Assembly (NCBI GenBank): GCA_963705725.1 | Contig: CAVPKM010000020.1 | Location: 1-64,000 of the forward strand | Direction: 5' to 3' | DNA: 64,000 nt | Origin: an uncultured Gammaproteobacteria bacterium | GTDB taxonomy: Bacteria > Pseudomonadota > Gammaproteobacteria > UBA6002 | Shown: one piece after another, positions 1-8,984 of the stretch | Numbering within the stretch: position 1 is the first letter of the stretch | Layout: the number at the start of each line of letters is the position of its first letter | Position numbers and translations under genes: made by a program | Notes under the pieces: model-generated | Seen by the model: only the letters and a program-made list of their open reading frames with translations | Told to the model about the DNA's origin: nothing | Databases searched by the model: none

Positions 1-385
1 TGCTGACGATGTTCCGGCCGGAGTATGCTGCCGGGACCGCCCGTCTCTTGGGCCGCGACGGCGGCGAGCTAGCCTGGGGATCGAGGCGGTGACGCGTCCC
101 GCCGCGGCAGTGATCGCGAGCCCGTAGGCGACCGTTGAGGGTTGGTGTCCATTGCGCGGGTCCCATCACGACGACTAGGTCGCGTTGACAAGCCCCCCGG
201 GGTGGTCTACCATGAGTCGGTTGCATGGGGTTCTCCTCGCGGGGAACCCCGTTGTATGGTATGGGTTCTGCAGGTGTTTATCGACGTCGGGTCGCCGTCC
301 TGTTCGCGGGGCGCCCGATGTCTTCTCGACGAGCACGTCGACGTTTTCCGCCGTTCTCCTCGGTCACGTTTTCGCAGCCGGCGCA
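1..385. other. GC-rich foreign segment abutting icmE coding sequence (probable chimeric contig end)
   Basis: Visibly very GC- and CpG-rich compared with the AT-rich remainder. Composition switches abruptly near 385, where IcmE-like reading (ARLELLAGAGLTPTQIAAANAQAAKLRG) begins. Confidence 0.75.
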
Positions 386-1525
386 CGCTCGCTTGGAGCT
401 GTTGGCTGGAGCAGGGCTCACTCCTACGCAAATTGCTGCGGCCAATGCTCAAGCGGCAAAATTGAGGGGGTGGGGGCAATGCCCACTGCAAATACCGGTA
501 TTAATCCATCGGGTGCCGTAAATGGGACGCCAGGAACTGTCGGTACCGCCACCATTCCTCCTGTTGGTAACACGGAGACACAGCTGGCTCAATTACAGGC
601 AAATCAACAGCAACAATTAAATCAGCAAGAGCGGCAACAAAAAGAAGCCCAAATTCAATCTTCAATGATCTCGCAAGCCAACGCACTATTTTCCACCTGG
701 ACGCCCCCTGCTGTACAGCAGTTTGTAGCGGGAGAGTCCTCTAAAGAGGGGCATGCTGAGAATAAGGTGGCAGCAGGGACAACGACTGCAGGAGCGACAA
801 GTTCAACTTCAGTCTCCAGCGCATCCACCTATACTACGGTCCCAAGAGGAGTGGTTTCACCACTTACCACTGCCACCACTACGCTTGCTGATAATTGTGC
901 TTATGTGAAAGGTGGCGATATTATGATGGCAGTATTAACCAGTACGGTTAATAGTGATGAAAATAGCCCAGTGATGGCAACAATTGTTTCCGGGAAAACT
1001 AAGGGGTGCGAAATTAATTGGGCAATTCACCTTGCTTAAGAAAGAGTATTAATCAATTTCAATAAAATGAACTTACCAGGTAAGCCGTCAAGTATCGGCA
1101 TTAATGCGGTAGCAATCGATCCGCAAACTGCTGATACCGCAATGGCTGATTGCGTTAATAATCACTATATGCTTCGATATGGCACATTGTTTGCTTCTTC
1201 TTTTTTAAGTGGTTTGGCCGATGCTATTTCACAACAAGGATCACAAGTTTCAACAGGCTCAGGGGGTATATTAGTCACCCATGACCCGCTTAGTACGGCT
1301 AAAACTGTTGCTGTGGCACTGGGTGCGGTTGGTAGCCAGTATGCAAGTGTGCTAGGTAGTAATTTTACTCGTCCTCCCACTGTCTATGTTTATGCAGGTG
1401 ACAGTATTGGAGTGTTATTTATGCAAGATTTAACAGAAGTGCCATCCACTTGCTGCCCAGATGTGGATAAAACTTGCAATAATGTAGGTAAGGCAGCGGC
1501 AGGAGCCTGTGCAGTCAAATACTAG
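386..1525 (+). CDS. icmE: Dot/Icm core protein IcmE/DotG, C-terminal part (TrbI/VirB10-like), 5'-truncated and split by apparent frameshifts near 470, 995 and 1035
   Basis: Pieces in ORFs 225-521, 185-1039 and 1067-1525 join to give a Q-rich linker, KGGDIMMAVLTSTVNSDENSPVMATIVSGK, LRGAKLIG, AVAIDP..TA, NNHYMLRYGTLFASSFLSG and RPPTVYVYAGDSIGVLF. Lies immediately upstream of icmG. Confidence 0.88.
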
Positions 1526-1611
1526 TGATACCGCGGCTGAAACGTTAGATGCTGATTACGTATTAAGCTATAATTATAAAAATAATGAGTACGTGGATTG
1601 GAAGATGAAGC

Positions 1612-2361
1612 ATGGCTGATAATAAACATAATCCCGATGAGTATGAATACCCATCAGAGGATGATTATTACAAAGGTGTAGAGGATCAGCCAGGAGCTGA
1701 TCCTTTTGATATGCCCGAATCTAAAAGAAGAAGGTTATCTTCATTTGCCTCTCGACGCCTGTATTTAATTCTTGGCTTTTTAGTCGCAATTGGTTTGGTT
1801 TATCTATTGGTAGCTTACAAAAATATGAAAAAAACCGCAGAGTTGTCGTCCCCAACTCCTGTGATCACAGGTCCGACCAATATTATTCCTGCCTCTCAAA
1901 TTCAACCAGTACAAGTGCCGCCTGCTGCCAAAATGGTGGTTACGCCCTCTCCGGAGACGGGAACAATTCAAAATTTGAATGCTCAAAATCAGGCTAATCA
2001 AGCAGCAATTACGAACTTGCAGGGACAAATCCAGCAGCTCCAGGGACAGATGACTAATCTGGGTAATGTGATTACGACATTAAATAATCAATTACAAGTC
2101 ATGGTAAATGAGGTAAGGGCGATTAGCATAGATAGACAATTAAAAGGTAGAAATATTAGCTTACCTGCAGGAAAGTTCTATATCTTAAAAGCCTTAGTAC
2201 CGGGAAGGGCATGGCTTCAATCAAAAGATGGGGGAACCATTGCGGTAACAATAGGCGACAGATTGCCAGGGTATGGCATGATACAATCGATTAATGTGCC
2301 TCAAGGAATTGTGACAACCAGCTCAGGCATGCTAATACAATATGGGCCGCGTGATAGTTAG
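1612..2361 (+). CDS. icmG: Dot/Icm protein IcmG/DotF
   Basis: Acidic N-terminus, single TM, coiled coil, and C-terminal ALVPGRAWL...GDRLPGYG.I.SI...G.V.TSSG motif; order icmE-icmG-icmC. Confidence 0.9.
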   Translation: MADNKHNPDEYEYPSEDDYYKGVEDQPGADPFDMPESKRRRLSSFASRRLYLILGFLVAIGLVYLLVAYKNMKKTAELSSPTPVITGPTNIIPASQIQPVQVPPAAKMVVTPSPETGTIQNLNAQNQANQAAITNLQGQIQQLQGQMTNLGNVITTLNNQLQVMVNEVRAISIDRQLKGRNISLPAGKFYILKALVPGRAWLQSKDGGTIAVTIGDRLPGYGMIQSINVPQGIVTTSSGMLIQYGPRDS

Positions 2362-2376
2362 TGTGGAGAGGTAGGC

Positions 2377-2973
2377 ATGAAAATCAGTAAAAGTTATTTC
2401 ATCTTTATTTTTATTAGCTTGCTGTTCATTTCGAACAATTCATGGGCAGTGCCCAGTATCAATTTGATTCAAATGATGCAAACATTCCAAAAAAATTTGG
2501 GTCCTATTTATAACTTAGTGATAGCCTTATCTTATGTAATGGGAATTTGGTTTGTCTTGGACTCAATTTTCAGACTAAAAAAATACGGTCAACAGCGTAC
2601 CATGATGAGCACGCAAGCAAGCTTGGCAAAACCGATTGCGCTTATGATTCTTGGGTTAGCGCTGATCTACTTCCCTACGTTTGTCAATATTTCTATTCAA
2701 TCCTTATGGGCTTATAGTTCTTCCAGCAGCGTTTTAAAATACCCAGCTAATCCTTCCGCATGGGATGCGTTTATTCATCCACTCATCGATACCATACGTT
2801 TATTTGGGTTAATTGCTGTAGTGAGAGGGCTGGTGTTATTAACCAGACTTGCAAATGAAAGCAGTCAACCAGGCAGTCTTGGAAAAGGAATCATGCACGT
2901 TGTTGCAGGAACGTTGGCAATTAATATTGTAGGAACAATTAGCTTAATAAAGGCGACTTTTGGAATCAGTTAG
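2377..2973 (+). CDS. icmC: Dot/Icm membrane protein IcmC/DotE
   Basis: Multi-TM protein with LKKYGQQRTMMS and GKGIMHVVAGTLAINI; synteny. Confidence 0.88.
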   Translation: MKISKSYFIFIFISLLFISNNSWAVPSINLIQMMQTFQKNLGPIYNLVIALSYVMGIWFVLDSIFRLKKYGQQRTMMSTQASLAKPIALMILGLALIYFPTFVNISIQSLWAYSSSSSVLKYPANPSAWDAFIHPLIDTIRLFGLIAVVRGLVLLTRLANESSQPGSLGKGIMHVVAGTLAINIVGTISLIKATFGIS

Positions 2974-3039
2974 ACATTTTGATTGAATAGGCTATGATTG
3001 AGTATCATATACGCTTTGTGAGTAGTTAATTTATTTTTA

Positions 3040-3468
3040 TTGGAGGTTAATGTGAAAAACAAAGGCTTAGTTAAAAGATATTCGCCTTTTATAAAAGGGT
3101 TACTCGCATTGGTAATCCTAAATGGATTAGCCTTTTCAGGCGAAGTGCTAGCGCAAGGAGACACGGGAGGGATCAGTACAATCGCGACGAATATTACGGG
3201 ATCTTTTAAAGCAGTGGGTCAATTAGTCCTTGCCATCGCCTTCCTGGGAGGAATTGGTTTTATTATGGCTGCAATCTTCAAATTCAAGCAGCATAAAGAT
3301 GCGCCCACACAAACCCCTCTCGGGGTGCCCATTGCCATGTTGGTTATTGGCGCGTTCTTAGTGTTCATGCCAAGTATCATTAAACCGGCTGGTGCGACTA
3401 TTTTCGGAGGCAGCGCTACAGCGGGTGGTTTTACGGGTAGCGGAGTAAGTGTATTACCTGGACAATAG
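3040..3468 (+). CDS. icmD: Dot/Icm membrane protein IcmD/DotP (start may be GTG at 3052)
   Basis: AIFKFKQHKDAPTQTPLGVP motif, TM pair; synteny. Confidence 0.9.
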   Translation: MEVNVKNKGLVKRYSPFIKGLLALVILNGLAFSGEVLAQGDTGGISTIATNITGSFKAVGQLVLAIAFLGGIGFIMAAIFKFKQHKDAPTQTPLGVPIAMLVIGAFLVFMPSIIKPAGATIFGGSATAGGFTGSGVSVLPGQ

Positions 3469-3484
3469 TAATAGTATGTGAAAA

Positions 3485-4102
3485 ATGTCTCATCAACTTA
3501 CGCTTTTAGCTGGGCCAAGTAATTGGCGATTGTTTGCATCCAGGAAGGTGGATCCAGCCTTCCTGAGGTTTAGCGAAAGAGTTTTTTTGCGCGATAACCA
3601 CACCTGTCAATTTTGCGGTTTTCAAGCTCGTCAATATCAAGAAGTGGTGAATCTCGATCACAATTTCTATAACAATAAAATTAGTAACATGGTGACTGCT
3701 TGTTGCTTTTGTTCGCAATGTTTTTTTTTAGAAGCAGTGGGAAAAAGTGATTATGGAGGGGGACGTTTAATTTATTTACCTGAAATTGCTCAGGCAGATT
3801 TAAACGGATTATGCCATGTGCTTTTTTGTGCAATTGCCAATGCATCTAGTTATCGTGCAGATGCTCAAAATATTTATCGCAATTTAAAATTTCGTTCCCA
3901 AATTGTTGAGAAAGAAGTGGGTGAGGGGATGAGTAATCCTCGTTTATTGGGCCAAGTGCTAATTGAAACTGATGTAAAGGCAATGGATAGAGTGAATCAA
4001 GAAATTTTTTCAAAATTACGACTCTTACCTTCAAGAACCAAGTTTAATCAACAAATTGAGACATGGGCAGAGGCCGCGCTGACAGAGTTGTCTGCAACAT
4101 AA
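3485..4102 (+). CDS. icmJ: Dot/Icm coupling-complex protein IcmJ/DotN
   Basis: RDNHTCQFCGF...NMVTACCFCSQC zinc/HNH-like motif, GGGRLIYLPEI; synteny. Confidence 0.93.
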   Translation: MSHQLTLLAGPSNWRLFASRKVDPAFLRFSERVFLRDNHTCQFCGFQARQYQEVVNLDHNFYNNKISNMVTACCFCSQCFFLEAVGKSDYGGGRLIYLPEIAQADLNGLCHVLFCAIANASSYRADAQNIYRNLKFRSQIVEKEVGEGMSNPRLLGQVLIETDVKAMDRVNQEIFSKLRLLPSRTKFNQQIETWAEAALTELSAT

Positions 4103-4109
4103 AGGATGA

Positions 4110-7100
4110 GTGAGGTGGAATATGTCTTGGGCAGAATCTTTTCTACAGGGTGTGGATGTTTTTTTTGCTTGGCTGAGTACTTCATTTAAGCAAACAACCG
4201 AGTCTTATTGCGATATCGAATCAGCAGATAGCCCTGAAGATTTAGTTGACCATGATGGGAGTCTTGTTTCATTGCTTCGTATCAATGGTGTCAAGGCGCT
4301 AGTTGGCACAGAAGAATTTAATCGCATGCAACTGAGATTGCAAACAAGTTTACAAACTGCCATGTCTCGACTAGGACAAACCATCCAAATTTATTTTACT
4401 TATAATAAGGATGCCGTTGCAGAGGAAATTCGAGATATTTTAAGGCCTGCACGAGATACCGCACAAAGATTGGGTTTATCCCTGATAGATTTGTTTGACG
4501 AACGTGCTAGCTACTTAGCGCGTTATTGTGCCCATGAAGAAATTTATGCGGTACTGCGTACTCGCCCCGCTGCATTAACTCGTGAACAAAGAAAACGTTC
4601 TGTTAAAGATAAGCGAAATTTAACTAAAGAAAAGAAAATCCCTCCTTTTCGGCAAACACAAGATATTCTTGCTGCGATTCCTGATTTGAGAGAAGCACAT
4701 GACTCTTTTGTTCGCTCAACGGTGAATGATTTAAATAGCATTGGTATTGTTACAGAGCTATTGAATATTCATCAAGCAGTCAATGCGATGCGAATGAGTG
4801 TGGATCCCGATTTTACTGATAAAGAATGGCAGCCTTCCTTACCTGGTGACAAACTGACTATTCGGCAACCAAAAAATCTGACAGGTCAAATTTCAGATAT
4901 CTTGTGGCCGCCTTTGGGTAGACAAATTCTTCCTCGAGATGCAGAAAATATTGATTTGCGTACAGTCCAAATTGGCGATCGTATTTACTCATCGGTCTTT
5001 ATTGATTTATTTCCAAAAGAAGTGCAACAATTTAATACACTTTTTATGCGTGTTTTGCCCACACATATTCCGTGGCGAATTTCCTTCTTAGTGGAAGGTG
5101 GCGGACTCAGTTCCCTGCGACTGCGCGCGGCAATTTCTTCTGTCTTGAGTTGGACTTCAGCTGAGAATCGATTATTTAACGATGCGGTAAATTTATTACG
5201 ATATTTAAACCTGACCACCGATGATGCCATTGTCAAGCTCAAGGTCGCCGTTTCAACTTGGGCACCTGCAGGCGATATTCGCCAATTGCGATCTCGAACT
5301 GCGCAGCTTGCTAAAGCCGTTGAAGGCTGGGGGAGTTGCAATGTTTCAGAGGTTGCAGGTGATGCCTTTGCTGGAGTGGTTTCTACCATGTTGGGTGTCT
5401 CTAATTTTAGTGTGGCCAGTCCTTCAGTCGCGCCACTTTCTGATGTCCTTTATATGTTGCCACTTTTCAGGCCTTCTTCACCCTGGAAAAGAGGTGCCAT
5501 TCTATTTCGTTCGCCTGACGGTAAGCCATGGCCATATCAACCAGGTTCTTCAGAACAGACCACTTGGATCGATCTTATGTTTGCAAGACCCGGTTCAGGT
5601 AAATCTGTTTTATCTAATGCGATCAACCTGGCACTTTGCCTGTCAGCGGGGATCTCTCGCTTACCACGTATATCAGTTATTGATATCGGTCCATCAAGTA
5701 GTGGTTTAATTTCCTTACTTAAAGAAGCATTGCCAGCTAACCAAAGACATTTAGTCTCTTATCATCGCTTGCGGATGACGCCAGACTTTGCGATTAATCC
5801 TTTTGATACGCAATTAGGTTCAAGACTTCCCACACCGCAAGAACGCAGTTTCCTAGTAAATTTCTTGACCCTGCTCGCCACTCCAGTGGGTGCAGTGAGA
5901 CCTTATGATGGCATCACTGACATGGCCGGAATGATTGTTGACGAACTGTATAAAAACTTGGTGGATGACGCTAACCCAAATCTTTATACACCTAATGTAG
6001 AAGAAATTATCGATGGCATTTTAGAAGAAATCGGCTTTGTGAGAGATACGCATACTACTTGGTGGGAAGTGACGGATGCATTATTTGTGGCAGGATTTAT
6101 TCATGAGGCGATGTTAGCGCAGCGACACGCCATGCCGGTTTTAGCAGATGCCGCTTCTATTGCCCGTACTCCTGCGATCGAAGATCTTTATGGAAAGGTT
6201 ACGGCACCCACAAGTGAACCTTTGATTAATGCTTTTTCTCGAATGATTTCAAGTGCTGTTCGCGAATACCCAATTATCTCACAAACCACACGCTTTGATA
6301 TTGGCGATGCACGAATTGTTTCTCTAGATCTTGATGAGGTTGCGAAGAGCGGCGGGGATGCGGCAAATCGCCAAACGGCTGTGATGTATATGTTGGCACG
6401 GTACGTATTAGCTCGAAGTTTCTTTTTGACGGAAGAAAACATTTCAGATATGTCAGAGGCTTATCGTCATTATCATGAACAACGCATTTCAGAAATTCGT
6501 GAAGATCCAAAGCGGATTATATTGGATGAGTTTCATCGTACCTCCAAAGTGCAGGCCATGCGAGAACAGGTTGTACAAGACATGCGAGAGGGCAGAAAAT
6601 GGGGTGTACAGATTGCGCTTATTTCGCAGTCGCTGGATGATTTTGATGAGGTGATGATTGAGTTTGCGACTTCGATATTTATTATGGATGCAGGACCTGA
6701 GCAGGCCATACAAAAAACTGCACAGATTTTTGGATTGACCCCTACTGCAGTGCATGCGCTTCGAACGCGGGTTCATGGTCCACGGGAAGGAGGCGCTACT
6801 TTCTTGGCGCAATTTGCCACGAAAGAAGGAATGAATACGCAGTTATTAACGAACACCTTAGGGCCGATTGAACTTTGGGCATTGAGTACCACCCAAGTTG
6901 ATGTGAATATTCGCAACAAGCTGTATCGTAAGCTCGGCCCAAAAGAGGCCAGAAGGGTACTCGGCAACCTGTTTCCAAGTGGCAGTGCAGCAAAGGTGAT
7001 TGAAAATCGGCTTGCTGACATGCGAGATCATCAAATTGTAATTGATGATCAGGCAAGAGGTGGAGTAGTGGATCAGCTTGTTCAAGATATTTTAAATGCT

Positions 7101-7136
7101 TACGCCATTAATCCAGATGTGAGAGTGTTGACCTAG
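4110..7136 (+). CDS. icmB: Dot/Icm VirB4-like ATPase IcmB/DotO
   Basis: 1008 aa; Walker A ARPGSGKS, Walker B IILDEFHRT, REGRKW; follows icmJ. Confidence 0.96.
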   Translation: MRWNMSWAESFLQGVDVFFAWLSTSFKQTTESYCDIESADSPEDLVDHDGSLVSLLRINGVKALVGTEEFNRMQLRLQTSLQTAMSRLGQTIQIYFTYNKDAVAEEIRDILRPARDTAQRLGLSLIDLFDERASYLARYCAHEEIYAVLRTRPAALTREQRKRSVKDKRNLTKEKKIPPFRQTQDILAAIPDLREAHDSFVRSTVNDLNSIGIVTELLNIHQAVNAMRMSVDPDFTDKEWQPSLPGDKLTIRQPKNLTGQISDILWPPLGRQILPRDAENIDLRTVQIGDRIYSSVFIDLFPKEVQQFNTLFMRVLPTHIPWRISFLVEGGGLSSLRLRAAISSVLSWTSAENRLFNDAVNLLRYLNLTTDDAIVKLKVAVSTWAPAGDIRQLRSRTAQLAKAVEGWGSCNVSEVAGDAFAGVVSTMLGVSNFSVASPSVAPLSDVLYMLPLFRPSSPWKRGAILFRSPDGKPWPYQPGSSEQTTWIDLMFARPGSGKSVLSNAINLALCLSAGISRLPRISVIDIGPSSSGLISLLKEALPANQRHLVSYHRLRMTPDFAINPFDTQLGSRLPTPQERSFLVNFLTLLATPVGAVRPYDGITDMAGMIVDELYKNLVDDANPNLYTPNVEEIIDGILEEIGFVRDTHTTWWEVTDALFVAGFIHEAMLAQRHAMPVLADAASIARTPAIEDLYGKVTAPTSEPLINAFSRMISSAVREYPIISQTTRFDIGDARIVSLDLDEVAKSGGDAANRQTAVMYMLARYVLARSFFLTEENISDMSEAYRHYHEQRISEIREDPKRIILDEFHRTSKVQAMREQVVQDMREGRKWGVQIALISQSLDDFDEVMIEFATSIFIMDAGPEQAIQKTAQIFGLTPTAVHALRTRVHGPREGGATFLAQFATKEGMNTQLLTNTLGPIELWALSTTQVDVNIRNKLYRKLGPKEARRVLGNLFPSGSAAKVIENRLADMRDHQIVIDDQARGGVVDQLVQDILNAYAINPDVRVLT

Positions 7137-7142
7137 AATTAC

Positions 7143-7182
7143 CAGCACCGAGCAAAAACAAAAGTGGTTTCACTCGGTGCTG
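7143..7182. terminator. Hairpin between convergent icmB and the 451-aa gene, probable terminator
   Basis: 10-bp perfect inverted repeat CAGCACCGAG...CTCGGTGCTG directly after the icmB stop. Confidence 0.55.
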
Positions 7183-7225
7183 ATAATTTTCTTGTTGAGC
7201 TTTATCTTATTTTATATGTAGTTGC

Positions 7226-8581
7226 TCAAGATAGTCCTACTGTTGGTGACTGCTCCTCCTCCTTCAACTCCTTCTTGGCAGAGGGAGATTTGAAAATATT
7301 TCTCATGTTCCCTTCCATGTCACCACGATTTTCAAAGAGAGTATGTAATGTCTTGAGTAGGGAATAATAATCGGGTTTAAAGAAAGAAGAAAAATATTGT
7401 CTGAAGGAATCTGGGTAAGTAGTTAATTGTTCTTTAACCTCAGAATCACCATAGCCTAACTTGCCTAGCCATTGAAAATTCTCTTCACAACTAGATTGAG
7501 AAAAATTAGTTAGGCAAGTTTTAATGAGAGTCATTCTAGAATCATATGCCGGATCTTCATTATAGTTGCGAACTAGAGCGCCTAATTGTTTGATCAGATT
7601 TATTTCATAGGAGCGCATTTTAAGGGCGAAGGCCAGGTGGATGGCTTGTGTGAAATTTCCAAGATTAGAAAGCGCTTCTGGAGAGCGCGAGCGTCTTACG
7701 TTATCATAGACTTCATAAACGCGTTCTGTAATTTCACTTAACACTTTTGAATTCAAAAAGCAGTAATCAAAATTTTTCAGTAGCTGAAATGCAAACGCAA
7801 TCATGGGAGCACGCTCTAGTCCATCTTCAGACTGAATAATAAGAGGATTGCATTTTGCCAGTGTTTCAGAATAAAGCGTATACAAAAAATTTATATTCTT
7901 TTCTTGTAAACTGATTTTGTTATTTGGTGTATCCATGAAAAAAACAGGTACTGAAAAGGGAAAGCCTGTTGCATCCGCATCAAGTTCTGCCACCCAGTCA
8001 CCCACAGTATTCACGTAACGTTCAGGGTCCTGAGTGTAGTGATTAAGGTTGCGGCTACCTAATACTAATAAATTAATATTCTTAATCGGTAGTTGTTGCT
8101 GCCTTTCAGGTTCAGCTTGATTATCATCCACATTTACCCGCAATGTTGCTGTATCAGGATGTTGAGTGGAAACTCGGTTAACGAGTCGCTTAAAATAGTC
8201 TGCCCCCATCCAATTGCGATTCGTCTTGAGGTTAGAATCGACCTTACGTAGCCGCAAGGGAGTAATTTTATCAGGAGCAATTGCGAGATATAGGTAAGGA
8301 TTGTCAATGTGCTGATTTACCCCTTCTACATTAAAGTCTTTGTCTACAAAATACGGATGGCCATTTGTGGTAGTAACGGTATGTTTTGTTTGATTTATCA
8401 CTGACAGATAATCATTCGTATGACCTGTTGGCAGTATTTTAAATGCTTCGGTGGTTGTTACCGTATTATTCAATTTTTTATTCTCATGACCGATCTTTCT
8501 CTTCAGAGACTCGGTAATGGCTGTAATATTGTCATAGCGACTTTTAAGCAGTTTAATTTGTTCAAGAGTAATCTCATGCAT
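7226..8581 (-). CDS. Hypothetical protein, candidate Dot/Icm effector with degenerate protein-tyrosine-phosphatase-like motif
   Basis: 451-aa ORF inside the icm locus; LIIQSEDGLERA resembles the HCxxGxxR loop; C-terminal KKELKEEEQSPTVGLS Glu block. Confidence 0.55.
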   Translation of the reverse strand: MHEITLEQIKLLKSRYDNITAITESLKRKIGHENKKLNNTVTTTEAFKILPTGHTNDYLSVINQTKHTVTTTNGHPYFVDKDFNVEGVNQHIDNPYLYLAIAPDKITPLRLRKVDSNLKTNRNWMGADYFKRLVNRVSTQHPDTATLRVNVDDNQAEPERQQQLPIKNINLLVLGSRNLNHYTQDPERYVNTVGDWVAELDADATGFPFSVPVFFMDTPNNKISLQEKNINFLYTLYSETLAKCNPLIIQSEDGLERAPMIAFAFQLLKNFDYCFLNSKVLSEITERVYEVYDNVRRSRSPEALSNLGNFTQAIHLAFALKMRSYEINLIKQLGALVRNYNEDPAYDSRMTLIKTCLTNFSQSSCEENFQWLGKLGYGDSEVKEQLTTYPDSFRQYFSSFFKPDYYSLLKTLHTLFENRGDMEGNMRNIFKSPSAKKELKEEEQSPTVGLS

Positions 8582-8622
8582 AAATGTTTTCCTTTATCGT
8601 TAGAATGAATTTTCTGTGAAAA

Positions 8623-8788
8623 GTAGTGTTCAGCAATTTTTTATTCGAATGGCTCAAATTTCGAACGTTTTACCACTTTTATACCCTTCGTTAATGAATT
8701 TTATGCGTTGTTGCAAGTGTTGCTCCTCTAGGTCTGTATTCCTAGCCTAAAATCCATTCCCGAAGGGTATAGCATGCTGAATAGTTCC
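8623..8788. mobile_element. Degenerate family-B miniature element with a family-A element nested inside
   Basis: Ends GTAGTGTTCAGCA and TGCTGAATAGTTCC, and internal TTCGAATGGCTCAAATTTCGAACGTTTTACCACT, resemble the copies at 37012 and 48446. Confidence 0.5.
8680..8771. mobile_element. Family-A ERIC/IRU-like miniature inverted-repeat element
   Basis: Perfect 11-bp terminal inverted repeat TATACCCTTCG...CGAAGGGTATA; related copy at 16470-16593. Confidence 0.7.
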
Positions 8789-8984
8789 AAAAAATAAATA
8801 ATTTGTGGCGAAAAATTATTGAGCTATCTGTAGATTTTAATAACTAATGATTTCTCTGGCAATGAGCAAGAATCTGAAAAATTTCGCGGATTTATTCACC
8901 TTAGTTACTCAAAATGCAGCATCGTCTTGTATGTTCCTACTATTGGATTTTATGATTAAACAGGAATGGTTGTCAAAATTTTTA

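Noticed and set aside
142-521. Short ORFs at the window start
   Set aside because: They span the GC-rich/AT-rich junction and have no coherent product.
3485-4102. HNH homing endonuclease or defence nuclease
   Set aside because: The CxxC/HNH-like motif and gene position match IcmJ/DotN.
4544-7085. Many short antisense or alternate-frame ORFs within icmB (and similar ones in other long genes)
   Set aside because: They are shadow ORFs of well-supported genes and have no recognisable motifs.
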